Part shown: piece after piece, positions 24,773-38,149 of the stretch
Position numbering within the stretch: the stretch's first letter is position 1
Layout: every line of letters starts with the position of its first letter
NCBI RefSeq assembly: GCF_001194135.2
Contig: NC_068989.1
Span: 78,049,164 to 78,110,967 of the forward strand
DNA from: Octopus bimaculoides
Lineage: Eukaryota
Length of the DNA stretch: 61,804 bases
Direction of reading: 5' to 3'
Made by a program: the position numbers and the translations under genes
The notes under the pieces: generated by a model
Databases searched by the model: none
Seen by the model: only the letters and a program-made list of their open reading frames with translations
Told to the model about the DNA's origin: nothing

Positions 24773-25070
24773 CAAGGTGAGTTTCCAGAAATGTTCAGAC
24801 ATATCCAGGAAAGACATTAATTAATTTCGGAGAAATTCAAACTCCAATCTTCTTCAAATTAGGATCCACGAATTTCAATGTTCTTGTTATAGTGGTGCAG
24901 CCACTTTATGAAGGGGTCATGGAAGCCTTCCAAAGTAAAGACGTCCAAAACCCTTGTCACAGCCTCCTTCTTCAAAATGACTGCTTCTGAGGTTCTCCTT
25001 CCATTTGGGGAACAGCCAAAAGTTAAGGGAAACAAGTTGGGACTGTCAGAACTGTGCCAGCGGAAAAGTT
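24773..25070 (-). mobile_element. Mariner transposon 3' fragment with right terminus
   Basis: Frameshifted SPNL.P.DFWLFP motif, then EAVTRVLDVFTLEGFHDPFIKWLHHYNKNIEIRGS*FEED; the terminus follows a TA at 24771-24772. Confidence 0.8.
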
Positions 25071-25375
25071 AATACATAAACAGTATGGAATATTTGATAA
25101 ATGTTTTAAGCGTTGTTGCCCAGTTTGATAATAAATTTAATTGAATGCCGAGCTTCCAAGTGTTCCGACTACCTTCAGTCACTCACTTGTGACAAGTAGT
25201 GTTTAGCAGAATGTGTTGAAAGTGGTGTTACAACCGTCTCCTTCAATTTGAAATATTAAAAGTTGGCAGATCAGCTTATTAGATTTCCAAGAAAGATATT
25301 AACTAAAATGTCAGTTATTTAGTTAAATTATTACTGCCTCTCCTACAAAAGTCTCAAAACTTCTAGAATGATTTT

Positions 25376-25427
<52 letters not shown>

Positions 25428-25437
25428 CACGTCTTAG

Positions 25438-25667
25438 CGAACACCGTGAAAATAAAAGGGATTTGAAATCTAAGCAAAATCTCTTTAACAACAGTAAGTT
25501 AGGTGTGTGACGAGGCACACAACTAATCACCTCTGGATATTTACAAGATAATTTTATCTAACAACGGTCCATGTGCATTTATCTCAGGAAAACAAGGTGT
25601 GCTATCTGTATGGCCCTGGAAAACCATTTCAAACTGTATTAGTCATTCCTTCTCCATACGAAAATGA
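25438..25667 (+). CDS. Candidate exon pair 25438-25493 / 25588-25667 (possible terminal exon)
   Basis: A 94-nt intron has a GTAAGT donor and TTTATCTCAG acceptor; the spliced frame EHRENKRDLKSKQNLFNN|RKQGVLSVWPWKTISNCISHSFSIRK* is open, with AATAAA at 25672-25677. No homologue recognised. Confidence 0.25.
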
Positions 25668-26050
25668 AGACAATAAAGTAGTCATCTATACGTCATGTAA
25701 ATTATACAAAATATTATAGTAATGAGAGAAATATGATAGATCTTAAGGAATTAAAACTCATGAAGTCATTCGTTCCATTTGGTGAATAAACACAGACTTC
25801 GCCAGTAGCTCGGTGGAAAGGCAGAACTTTGATTTTAACTAATGTTATTTTCATCCTTAGTAAGCAAATATTAAATATTTTCTTTGAAATTTCGTGGTGA
25901 AAAGCATATGAATATTATATTTTTAGAAGTAATTAATCTTCAATTATAAACTATATTCAGAATGAATTTAATTTATTCTGATCAAAGAGATCAGAATGGC
26001 ACTTGTTATTAGTATATCTCATGATGTTTTATTAATAGCATGTATACTTA

Positions 26051-26790
26051 CAGGTTGGGACGGCGATTTGCGTATACTATAAAACAACTATGTTTCAGCA
26101 TAAATAAATATGTATTTGAATAAACATTTGTGCAATTAGTCTTGATAATGATTTTGTAAGCAGATCGCTTTATGAAACCGCCTTCGGCTTAGATTCCCGT
26201 TTCAATGCGGGAACGAAACCGCTGGCATGCTAAAACTATATGGTCCTTATTCATTTCGAACAGCACTTGAACGATGTTGGCCTTCAGTGAAGCTATGGCA
26301 TTATGACGATGACAGTTAGTCTCCCTTAAAACAGCGCTCCACACGTATAGTCCATGGGGTTCAAATGTAATGAGTTTGGAGGCTGCATATTGGATATTAC
26401 ATAATCTTAAATATTGCCTGACAAACATTCTTGGACAGCTAGGACTTTGTGAGAAGATGCTGACTGTTTTTGAAACACATATGTCCTGCCATTGGATACT
26501 TCATCATTTCAGGACTTGATAACAGTTTCAAGTATCTCAATGTATACAGCAGCATTAATTCTATGACCCTGTAGAAAAACGTGGGGAATCATCACATGAT
26601 TATATATATAAGCCTAGAGTACTGGGGAGACGACAGCAATGGCTTCATGCGCATAGTAGCAGAAAATGTGTCCTTTTATTACATTAGAGAGCAATACGAG
26701 ATTTCATGAGATTTCATGCGATTTTATACTCCCAGTGATGATGCGAAAGAACCAAGTGAAGAACACCATTAATTGAGATGGCATCGCAAT
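26051..26790 (-). mobile_element. maT-family (Tc1/mariner DD37D) transposon 3' half
   Basis: FLQGHRINAAVYIEILETVIK..GRTYVFQKQS..PPNSLHLNPMDY..VWSAVLRETN..CQRFRSRIE; 37 residues separate the second and third catalytic positions. The TIR starts CAGG after TA at 26049-26050. Confidence 0.85.
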
Positions 26791-26915
26791 GATTGCTTCT
26801 CTTGTACTGTACGAAGCTTACAAATAAAGAGGATAAAGAGGGACGCTTATCTAGATAGTGTTAATACACAATTTTACATTTATTTGCTCGGAATTACATA
26901 CAAACGATAATATAT

Positions 26916-26950
<35 letters not shown>

Positions 26951-27111
26951 AACACGTCTCCGCATTCTTTGACACGATGCGTAAGGTACCGTCTGTTTAT
27001 GTGTTTTCGAACGTTAACTGTATTGCCGCCAAGAAACACTGTCTAATTTGCATATTGACCACACTATTTGACATATACGCATTAGTCCCAAATATTTACG
27101 CACTAACACAC

Positions 27112-27150
<39 letters not shown>

Positions 27151-27162
27151 CACGCACACACA

Positions 27163-29110
27163 TTTACTCTTTTACTCGTTTTAACCATGCGCCTGCGGTC
27201 ATGCTAGAGTACCGCCGTGGTCTTTCTGATTTCTTTAGTCTGTATCACCACGTTTGTATGTGCCTCTGTCCCACCTAGTGTACATATGAGTTTGATTTCG
27301 CTTTCCTCGTCTCGAACTCATGTTGGGCTGTTGGTTCATCCAGTATCGTGGAGAGGAGGACGTTTAGTTCCTTTTCGAAATCATCTACTTCCACCTGAGG
27401 TAGATTTGTTAATATTTGTAGCAGGGCATAGAATAGTCATGGGCCTTTGAACCCTAGAATATTGTAGTACCTGGTCCTGAATTTAGATGGGGTAGATGGT
27501 ACATTTCGTACAATGCAATGGCAGCCATTCCTGGCATTTGTATAACACTCAATGCCAAAATGAGATACTAGACCTTCTAAAGTTTTCCATAAGTAGATTA
27601 TTACATACCTGTCACTCTTTCGCTCTGGGGAATAAAGTTGCAGTTTTCTTTGCCTATCCCTGTAGCTCATCTGCTAAACCGCTTCAATTACTTTCGTGTA
27701 ATGGCGTTGGAATGCTTCAAAACCCGCTGTTAGTTTGACACTATATGGTGACCATAACTAGGAGCAGTAGTCCAAGCAGCTGAGGACCAAGGTTCTCTAC
27801 AGGGACAACATAGTTTCATGGTCTCCTGTCTTGAAACACCTCAGGATCCATCCTGCCAGGTGTATGCCCTTCGCTACCATCCTAGAAATGTGCATATCAA
27901 ATGATGCTTCAATGCACATACTGATCCCCAAGTCTTTCACTGTTCGTGACTCTCAAAATGTAGTGCTTCCCGATCCTGTATATGAAGGTTGTAGCGCATT
28001 TGTGAGTTGATAGTGCAGTGCTTGAACTTTTTCAGCATTAAACTGCATGTTGCTTATTTCAACTCATTTGTATATCGGTTTCAGGTCCTGCTGTAAACTT
28101 GCGACGTCATCTTCATTATTTTATTGTCATTGATAATTCTGTGTCATCAGCATAGCTGGTGAGAATGGCTGTCCGAATGACCGTGGGCACGTCTAAGAGG
28201 ATTATTATGAATGGAAATAGTCCCAAAATAGTTCTCTAGGGAACGCTACTGAGGATTTGAGTTTCCTCAGAAAGGACATCCTTCCCTTTAAGGTAGTCAT
28301 GCAGCCACTCTCCCAGTTTCCTAGCAACGCCAAGATCTCGTAGCTTATGACATATTCTTTTCTACTCTTGGCACAAGGCCCAGAATTTTGGGGGAGAGAG
28401 CCAGTTGATTAGATCGACCCCAGTACGCAACTGGTACTCAATTTATCAGAACGCAAAGACAGACGAAATACCGCTAAGTATTTCGCCCGGCGCGCTAGCG
28501 TTTCTGCCGACTTGCCGCCTTACATATTACAATTATGACATATTATCCTGTGATCTACCTCATCAGACGCCTTTGAAAAGTCAACGTATATCACGCTGAC
28601 ATCTGAATCGTCAAGTAGCTGTTTAAAACCCAGTCATAGTGCTATAGGTGTTGCGTAAGAGCCATGTTTTTTATTGTTCAGTAGGTCGTTTTCTTCTAGG
28701 AACATTATCGACTTCTTTCTGATGATTCCTTCCATGGCTTTACTGATATGAGAAGTCAGAGAGATTGGTCTGAAATTGTTTGCCTCTGCTCTACTTCCAC
28801 CTTTGTGGATAGGGTATATAATACTTTCCTTTCAACTTTTTAGGAAGTTTACCACTTTGGAAAAGTAGTTTCGCTAAAGCCTGCTTACATGACTACAGAG
28901 CAGCTAGGAAGCCATCAGCACTAGTTGCGGAGCCGGAGCTCATCTCTTCTATGGATGCGGTTACATGTCTCCTCCATGTTGATGTATTCGGTTTTTAGCG
29001 TCACCTTTTTTAGAGTTGCAATATTAAAGAATTCACCCGGGATTTTTATCTGCATGTGTCCAAGGGGGAAAGTGAAGACACTTTTAAATTATTCACTGAG
29101 TTATCCTTCC
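27163..29110 (-). mobile_element. CR1-clade LINE, 5'-truncated and decayed (RT domain plus 3' end)
   Basis: Minus strand: IYPIHKGGSRAEANNFRPISLTSHISKAME; VIYVDFSKASDEVDHRI; YADD at 28143-28154; LQLYSPERKSDRYVIIYLWKTLEGLV..LGFKGP; LLSTILDEP..SNS then stop; 3' UTR ends in a GTAAAA-type tail next to (CA)n. Confidence 0.9.
28357..28532 (-). mobile_element. SINE family A (tail A) nested in CR1, 12-bp TSD, internal deletion
   Basis: TTATGACATATT occurs at 28345-28356 and 28533-28544; removing the insert restores the CR1 frame DHRIICHKLRDLG. Confidence 0.92.
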
Positions 29111-29372
29111 TGGATCCACAGCCAGTGAATCATTCCCTTGGAACAACGATCCTATTTTATATTGTATTGTGGCTGTTTCCTTTGCGAATTTATAGAAAGC
29201 TTTGAGATTTGTTTTTCTGCTCTCCACTCCTCGGTTCTCTCGGTCTCTCTCTCTTTCTCTCTCTCTCTCTCTCCCTCCCTCCCTCTCTCTNNNNNNNNNN
29301 NNNNNNNNNNNNNNNNNNNNNNNNNNNNNNNNNNNNNNNNNNNNNNNNNNNNNNNNNNNNNNNNNNNNNNNN

Positions 29373-29413
<41 letters not shown>

Positions 29414-30527
29414 CTCTTTCACTGTGATATTTTCTGGTGCTTGATAGTTGCTGTACCGGAGTTGCTATAATTATATCTCACCAGCTGGTTTGGAAGATCT
29501 TGCATAAGGTTTCCTTAAACCACGTGTTTTGAAAAATGTTTTAATTTAACTGATATTCTCCATGTTTCATTGATATGTATAACTGCTGGCAAAACTATTC
29601 CATCATATGACGGAGCATTCAGGTCAGAACTCTTTGGCTATATTTGGACCGTACAGAAATTTATTCGATTGTCTAACTACCTTACACCAGACTATTAAGG
29701 CGTTAATGTGGGTCTAAAAAACAAGGGTTTCTTCTTTCCTTACACTATAATTGTTCCCACAATTCCATGTCATATTACAAGCGATTTTACACATTTTCAG
29801 AACATATTTTATGGATCTAATTTTCTGAAACTTTTACCGGTACTACGATGCAAGAACACGCCCGAACTGACAATATGACGAGGTTTGAAATATTTAATAG
29901 AGAACAGTTTCTATTGTAATGAAGTATTGTGAACAAAATGCAAAAGCTGGTCAAAATCATATCTAAATTCATTTTTCAATGTAAAATATTTGTTCACCAT
30001 CAAAGGAGAATTTATATATATATATATATATNNNNNNNNNNNNNNNNNNNNNNNNNNNNNNNNNNNNNNNNNNNNNNNNNNNNNNNNNNNNNNNNNNNNN
30101 NNNNNNNNNNNNNNNNNNNNNNNNNNNNNNNNNNNNNNNNNNNNNNNNNNNNNNNNNNNNNNNNNNNNNNNNNNNNNNNNNNNNNNNNNNNNNNNNNNNN
30201 NNNNNNNNNNNNNNNNNNNNNNNNNNNNNNNNNNNNNNNNNNNNNNNNNNNNNNNNNNNNNNNNNNNNNNNNNNNNNNNNNNNNNNNNNNNNNNNNNNNN
30301 NNNNNNNNNNNNNNNNNNNNNNNNNNNNNNNNNNNNNNNNNNNNNNNNNNNNNNNNNNNNNNNNNNNNNNNNNNNNNNNNNNNNNNNNNNNNNNNNNNNN
30401 NNNNNNNNNNNNNNNNNNNNNNNNNNNNNNNNNNNNNNNNNNNNNNNNNNNNNNNNNNNNNNNNNNNNNNNNNNNNNNNNNNNNNNNNNNNNNNNNNNNN
30501 NNNNNNNNNNNNNNNNNNNNNNNNNNN

Positions 30528-30558
<31 letters not shown>

Positions 30559-31365
30559 TATTCATCGAGAATTGGAGGCAAAAGTCCGATTTTTGACGTT
30601 GTTAAAAATAAAGATACATTTATGTTGAGGAGAACAATTGATGTCTACATTTTCAGACAGTATGTTAGTATAATAAATCCACCGCAACAGTTAGGACTTA
30701 GCGCAAATGTAGAAAGAGTATCCAATAATATATAACATTGAGTTCTTTTGAAGCGAAGTACAATATGTTCTGTTTTCCATTTAATGCTATTCTACGGAAG
30801 ACAAAAAGAAATGGAACAATGAGACTCTATAAAATACAATATTGGTGCGACGCTGACATTCTGTGAATGAAACTGGTTCTTTGAAACACAGTGTGTGTAG
30901 TCAAGAGATTGAAAATAAACCTTTTGAAGTTAATTATATTGAAGAATCCAAAATACCAGTTTAGTCGAACATTTTTTCTTTCTCGTTTATACGTCACGGA
31001 AGAGGGGAGAAAATAAAAAGTATACGTAGTTTTGTTCATTCTTAGGTGTCATTCATCCATGCATTACTTTTATTGTGTGGCAATATCTGGAAACAAACAT
31101 GTGGATTAATATTTATGTTCTAAGACTTTTAATAACATCGAGGCCGATGTTATATATATTTGTACATCAAAGGCTTCGTTTCGTTTATGTATTAGGTAAA
31201 CATATAGTACTGCCGGTACATGAAACGAATATATATATATATATATATTCGTGGCCAAAATATTAATGTAAAAGGTTTAATATTAAAATGACTAATCTGC
31301 GAAGTAAAATGCATGGACAAGAGAATTCTCACACCATCACTTTCACTGTCTGTCCTTCGGTCTCC

Positions 31366-31397
<32 letters not shown>

Positions 31398-32152
31398 GTG
31401 TCTGTGTGTGAGTGTGTGTGTGTGTGTACATGTGTATGCATATATACATATTTTACACACACACACAAGCACACTCATGTGTGCGTCTGTGTCTATCGTG
31501 TGTGTCTGTTGTCATCAACGACTCTTTGCCGTTTCCGAGTAATTCGTTTCTTCTCTTTTCTCAATTGTTTTATTGGTGTATCTTATAAATGAGAAGACAG
31601 CTTTGTTTCAAGCAATACACACCCGCACTGTTTACCATTCATAGAGTTAAATGGCCATGGTTGGAATAAATGTATTATTCTTTCCTGTTGTTTCCCTTTT
31701 CAGTTCTGAAAAATTCTTTCATCAAACATTTCTAACGACTATGAAATGATTTGAAACGAATGTCTTGGATCCGCTGTTGTGGACTTCATTCTGTTTCATT
31801 TGCCATCTGTAACCATATGGAACCAATCAGCAAGATTTGTCCTCGTTGCTAGCAAGGAAGCGTTATGTTATTCACACATGCCCCACCACCATTCCCATTA
31901 ACTGGTCTCATGTTTCAGGAAGGTTGCGTCGAGTCATCTTGGGTTGAGATTTTGCAAAAAATACAACGTTAGTGACATAACTCTTATATATAATATGGGC
32001 GATTGCCTGCTTGAAATTCCGTCTGCTGACAGTTTTATTTACAAAATAACCACACACGCGCGTGAGGGACAGCACACACTTGCATACACATGAGCACAAA
32101 CATATACGCACTCACACACATACACAAGCGTATATACATACATATATACATT

Positions 32153-32184
<32 letters not shown>

Positions 32185-33480
32185 NNNNNNNNNNNNNNNN
32201 NNNNNNNNNNNNNNNNNNNNNNNNNNNNNNNNNNNNNNNNNNNNNNNNNNNNNNNNNNNNNNNNNNNNNNNNNNNNNNNNNNNNNNNNNNNNNNNNNNNN
32301 NNNNNNNNNNNNNNNNNNNNNNATTACAATTCTTGACAGGGAATCTTTGAATTGAAACAGGCTTTGCTCTCCATTTTGAAATTTAATTTGCCACTAAAAT
32401 ACATGTACTGGTTCTATTTTCTCTATTTTAATTAATGTTAATCAAGTAACTAACTAGATAGAAACTAAGAAATCGGATGGTTGACTAATCTTTTAATTAA
32501 TCAATCAAACGATAAATTGGCGTGCCAGTCTCTTTTCGTTTCCATTCTTGACCTCCTCAGTTTCGTGCTCTTGTTGCATCAGGTTTCTCATGAAGTGTCC
32601 GAACTCCATATCTGTATTTCCAATTTTGGTACATCCTGCTAGATCACATGGTTGTTCAGCCAAAACCAATGTACATGTAGATGAAAACGTTTGACAAACA
32701 GTTTGAGTACACCCAATGAACTGCAGTACAGATATTGAAGAAGCATGCATCAAATAATTCAGATGAAACGTGGATACTTTCAAGTTCTCTAAGTGTATAT
32801 GATTAACGAGAGTATCGAACAAGAGCTAAATACAGATGGACTAGAATTAGAAGTAACAATATCATTCAAGATACAAACGTATCACAAAAGAAAAAAATAG
32901 TTTCAATATAGATATCCAGGAAAGTGTATAAGGATATCCGGTGACCAGGAAAACATACACCGATTAACTATACGTGCAAGATAATAACTTTGTCTCAATG
33001 AAACAAAGAGAATTTTCTATTGAAAAGTAGGATTCCGATTCAAATAGACGAAAGTACAGAATATAAAACACTTTTGCAACTGCATATGATGAGATAGTTT
33101 CCACTTATTCAACATTTTAAACCAAATTGCTATTTCGGGATTAACTTCTCATGGAATTAAATCTGCTTCACTCGGATGGATCATGCGTGACCTTATTTAC
33201 AAATGTCACTCAACGTATGTATATTCAGCGCTTTCACAATACACTATCATTACTACTTAAGTTGTCACTAGCAGCAGAAAATGAATTCTCGTACCAATAT
33301 CATAAGTAGATTTGGACCCGTCTCACCATTATGCAACGTCTATTTATAAATCTTAAGTTCGCAGTCATTTGATTGCTCAATGTATATTTGACATAGTTTG
33401 AAAGTTGTCACACTCGACTGTGTATGGATTTAAGTAAACCTGACAAAATTAGAAACGTATACATAACTAATTAATACGCA

Positions 33481-33657
33481 TTTCTACTATAGGCGCAATG
33501 CCTGAAATTTTGGTGGAGGGGACTAGTCGATTACATCGACATCAGTGTTTCATTGCTACTTAATTTATTGATCCCGATAGGATTAAAGGTAAATTCGACC
33601 GCGGCAGAATCTGGGCTCAGAAGGCAAAGACGGATGAAATACCGTTCAGTATTTCAC
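33481..33657 (-). mobile_element. SINE family A (tail A), diverged, head truncated
   Basis: CTACTATAGGCGCAATGCCTGAAATTTTGG..GTCGATTACATCGAC..CTCAGAAGGCAAAGACGGATGAAATACCG. Confidence 0.85.
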
Positions 33658-33864
33658 ACATAAGTAATTAATATTGCAATGCAAATATGTTGTGACAGTT
33701 GGTATAAAATATCACCTGTGTCACATAGTGAAATGAGAATATTGTGGTAGACTAGTCTCCGTGAACCTGGGCGGATACACATATATTTTTGTCATAGAAA
33801 ATATATATCACATTATGAAATATTCAAAACAATGCTTTAAAATGCATATTTAGTATTGTTATAT

Positions 33865-34082
33865 TTATTTCTTTACTGCCCATAGGGGTTCTAAACATAG
33901 AGGGGACGAACAAGGACAGACAAAGACATTAAGTCCATTTCATCGACCCCAGTGCGTTAAATTAAGTAACTGGTACTTAATTTATCGACCCCGAAGGGAA
34001 TTTGAAGTCAGAACGTAAAGACATGAAATACCGCTAAGGATTTCGCCCGGCACGCCAACGTTACTGGCCGCTCGTCGTCTTT
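33865..34082 (-). mobile_element. SINE family A with alternative tail B, internal deletion
   Basis: CTAAACATAGAGGGGACGAACAAGGACAGACAAAG tail joined to the family A body and head (ATCGACCCCAGT..GAAATACCGCTAAG..TTTCGCCCGGC). Confidence 0.85.
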
Positions 34083-34202
34083 TAGTATTGTAATATTGCA
34101 TTAAAAAGCTATATAATAATGGGAAATAGAAAATTCTAATATAACTTTTTTACTATCAGCACACTACCTCAAATTTGTGTGTGAAGCGTGCTAGTGATTA
34201 AT

Positions 34203-34365
34203 ATCAACAACAGTACTTCACTGATACTTATTTTTTTCATTCCGGGAAGGTAAAATGCGAAGTTGGCCACGGTGGCATTTGAACTCCATACGGAAGTGAT
34301 CGGAATAAATACTCCGAGACATTTATGTTCAGCTCGGTAAACTTTCTGCTTTCTTGCTACCTTAA
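34203..34365 (-). mobile_element. SINE family A, very old copy
   Basis: CTGATACTTATTTT..GGAAGGTAAAATGCGAAGTTGGCCACGGTGGCATTTGAACTC..TTTCTGC..CTACCTTA. Confidence 0.6.
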
Positions 34366-36599
34366 AAATATTTATGTGATACAACCTGTTTTATTCTGTA
34401 GAATATAAGTACAATCTATTATTGTGAGTGGTGCTATATCATGAAATATCATCTATTATTAAAAAAATTAATTTTTTATCAGGATATAATATAAATAATG
34501 CTCTAGCCTATTGCTCGTTGTGGGACATTAATATTAATATGCAGTGAGCACAATATTATTTTCTTGTTTGTTTGCATAAATTATCTAGTATCATTTGTGA
34601 ATTGGTAATTACATCCCTTAATATAATATGAATCGATATAAACATAATATGAATCGATAAACTTTCTCAGTCATATTCATTGAGATCAGATATATAAAAG
34701 AAATATTTGCGTCCGTACATGTTTCTCTGAGCTTAATTATGTATGGACGTATTTACACACTCACTTTAAAAAAATCTAATTAAAACAAGAACTTCACATA
34801 TGTGTATGTGTGTTTTAACATATACATGTGTGAGTGTGTGTTTGCATTTGAGTGTGTAGTATGTGTGTATTGAGTGTGTAGTATGTGTGTATCTTCGTAA
34901 TAGCTGATAGGCGGATATTTTAATAAATCCCGTTTGAGTTGATATGAATATTCATATGTATACTCAGTCTTTGTTAGACAATCCACGTTAAGAGATTTTT
35001 TTAATATTATCGGAACCGACATATGAATAATATTTGCTGGAGGTATAGATATATATTGTTTGTGACATGGCGAAAAATCTGAAACAAATAAGGGATCAAA
35101 TATAAAACGCTTAGTGACCCAATCGACTTAACTGATGATAAAGGATAATGGTCATATTAGTAAGAGTTTGAATGTTTCGTATTTGACACCGTATAGAAAT
35201 TCACTAGAAAAATATACAAAACTAAAGGGAAATGGAAACATCTATATTTCATAAAATAATGGATGTCTAAGGAATTAAGGTATCACTTGTAGCATATTTA
35301 GTGTATTATAAATATTAGTGTAAATTTTTGAAAGAGATTTGTTGGTTGAAGAAATAACAATATTGCAAGCGCCAAATGTTTAAGTATCAATAACTTTTCA
35401 ATGCGATTCAGCTACCTTAATTTCCTGTAGGTGTTTCTCATTTCACAAAACATCAAGTTTCCGGTGAAATACACGTAGTACATTGTGATGAAATATTTCT
35501 AAGAAAATATTTGAAACATTACGTTTACTATAAGTGCCATATTTCCTTAAAACTACATCAAGCCAAATATCGGTATGTGATTTTAGAAATATTTTGCCAT
35601 AAGCACAATAGATTGAAATTGAGGAATAAATGGAAGAATAAATTTGCACAAGATAAACTACATCTTCAAACCTACTTGACAAATAGAAAGCGATAAATAT
35701 CTTTTCTTGTTTGAAAGCGAAATTCATTGATATCCCTTGATCACGAATAGGAAAAGTTGGCAATTTGCTAAAGCTATTTGATAGTAAATCATTCATCATT
35801 GGGTTCGGCATAAAGAAATTGATATATTTATAATAAACTACAAAACTACTACTGCATATCATTGTACAGTCCTTTCTTATTGAATTTTTATTGAACAAAT
35901 AAATAATTTTAGGGTATATTTTCTCGGATCATCATATCAAACAGCAAATGATTTATCGACCATTACGTACGAACATTATTGAATGGAGAAGAGGGAAGCT
36001 GATAGCACACCTGTGTCTGTAGAATATAAAGAACACTAAATTGCCGATAAAAACTTAAAGATTTTACAGTATTTACAATGAATTGTTCAGCAAAAGTATT
36101 CATTGAAAGGGAATTAAATCAGCCTCAGTATATTACTGGTCTCAGTATATTACCGGTCTCCGATGATAAATGTGTATGACATGTATATCGATTGTTTTCT
36201 ATTCAATTTGGAAGAATTTAGAAAAGAATTTCATCATTTCTGTCGTGGTGAAAATTACGCGTGGATTTTAGTTTCAGCCAGCGTTCGGTGTCGACTGCAG
36301 TCAAGTAATGCATCACGACACATTTAATATTATAGGCTTATTACTTTAGTGAAATTAGCTGCAGGCAAATATTAGGATAAGTCACACTGACGTAACAGTG
36401 ACATCAAAGTACGTCACACACTATGTTTCCCGGTTCTTCAAAATGGAAACTAAAATTATCTCTTTTCTAACATGATTGGATTCCTGTTTATTAGTGATGA
36501 CCCCGATCCATCAGCTTTAACTGGCGTGACACTGTTTACTCCGAAACCCGATGTCTACACATATGTTGATTCAACTCTCCTGCCACACACATTCTGATC

Positions 36600-37520
36600 T
36601 CCTAGATATTAACAACAAAGACTTCCAATGCTTGGATAGATGTCACCCTCCTCTATTCTATCAAATATATCAGTTTCTTCTTCCTGTCACCGAATTACTT
36701 TGGATGATATTTCATCCTGCATAGACATCTCACTCACTTTCTTCGAAATAATTGTTGACTTCAAAGCTTTCAGTCTTCCCCACACATCTCCACTACTATT
36801 CACATATAACTACACAAAACAACTCCTCTTCTCTGTCACACCCAATTTCAAGTGAGCTTACGAAATAGAATTCTGTCAAGTTTGCAATCTAAAGCACCTA
36901 CCAGAATAATAAAAACAACCAGAATAATTCTAAGGTCAGCACTGCTATTTCTGTAAATATATCATCCGAACCCAAAAGAATGCTTATATGCAAAATACAA
37001 CCCGTAGAGTCTCCAGATTACTACACTGCAGTCAATCATATTTGATCTTCGTTGAATGTATCTCTACCAGACACGAGGAAACCTTTTTTCTTCCAAACAA
37101 AGTCAGATTTGTAAATTTCTTCCCAAAGCGAACCCGTGTATGTTCCTTTCCCGCTTTACAGCCAACCCCACATCACATTACACACATTAGATGAAATTCC
37201 TCTAAAATTACGCCTTTCCTCTCAGCCCTACACAACTGTATTGTAACGGTGAAAAACATTTCCGTCCCTTCAAATCAATGAGATCATCAAGTTTGACGAT
37301 GTTTCTCCAATTGGCCGCACGCAATGTGTCCCAGAGAAAGTGTTTACTCTCCCAATATTTCAATGCCGCACTTTCCGTAAGAGTGTATTCTGATCGTTGG
37401 AAACATTATGCAGTCTGGGCCAAATTCCAGATAGAAAAATTGTCTGGTTGTATCAAATGTTATTCTATTCCACTCACTTTCAACATCGAAAGTTTTGTCG
37501 GGGAAGCCACTTCCTGACAA
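36600..37520 (+). mobile_element. Ancient RTE-like LINE RT remnant
   Basis: ITLDDISSCIDISLTFFEIIVDFKAFSLPH resembles the RT motif ..DQIF....VDF.KAFDS..H, and FNAALSVRVYSDRW..IEKLSGC resembles LF.A.V.SVLLYG.E.W..LEK.LDGC; many lesions. Confidence 0.45.
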
Positions 37521-37540
37521 CGTGAATCTGTTTTCCTTCT

Positions 37541-37781
37541 TATTTCTTATTTCTTTATTGCCCAAAGGGGGCTAAACAGAGAGGGGACAAACAAGGACAG
37601 ACAAAGGGATTAAGTCGATTACACCGACGCCAGTGCGTAACTGGTACTTAATTTATCAACCCCGAAAGGATGAAAGGCAAAGTCGACCTCGGTGGAATTT
37701 GAACTCAGAACGTAACGGCAGACGAAATACCGCTAAGCATTTCGCCCGGCGTGCTAACGTTTCTGCTAGCTCGCCACCTTA
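37541..37781 (-). mobile_element. SINE family A with tail B, full length, young-looking
   Basis: Full head through CCCAAAGGGGGCTAAACAGAGAGGGGACAAACAAGGACAGACAAAGGGATTAAGTCGATT; the minus-strand end is CAATAAAGAAATAAGAAATAAGAA. Confidence 0.92.
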
Positions 37782-38088
37782 CCCGTTTTCATTCTTAGTA
37801 ACCAACAATACACAATCTGTGAAACACTACGAAAAGAAACTTGTTCTTGTTTGTCATTTACCAGAACTTTAGATGTGAATGGTTCATTAAAAAACAATAA
37901 TATTGTAGTGGACACCAGCGATACTTTCAACTTGTGTCTAGCAAACGAATCTGCAGAGAAAATTCATGCGTATAGTTTACATCATTCTATTGTCTAATGC
38001 ACCGGTGGCTTCATGTTAAATAATTCTGTCACCACATATGCTGGTCAGTCTTTCTCTTCCTCTCTGTCTCTCTCTCTCCCTCTTCCTC

Positions 38089-38119
<31 letters not shown>

Positions 38120-38149
38120 CCTTTCATCTACCTTCTATGATCTCTGATT

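Noticed and set aside
28143-28570. CTGATGA motifs on the minus strand as hammerhead cores
   Set aside because: They are codons of the CR1 RT (YADD and SDEV); no stem II/GAAA follows.
34710-34750. Hammerhead relic (minus strand GTCC..GAAACATGTA..GGAC)
   Set aside because: Stem I and stem III look right, but the CUGAUGA core (TACATAA) and stem II are unrecognisable.
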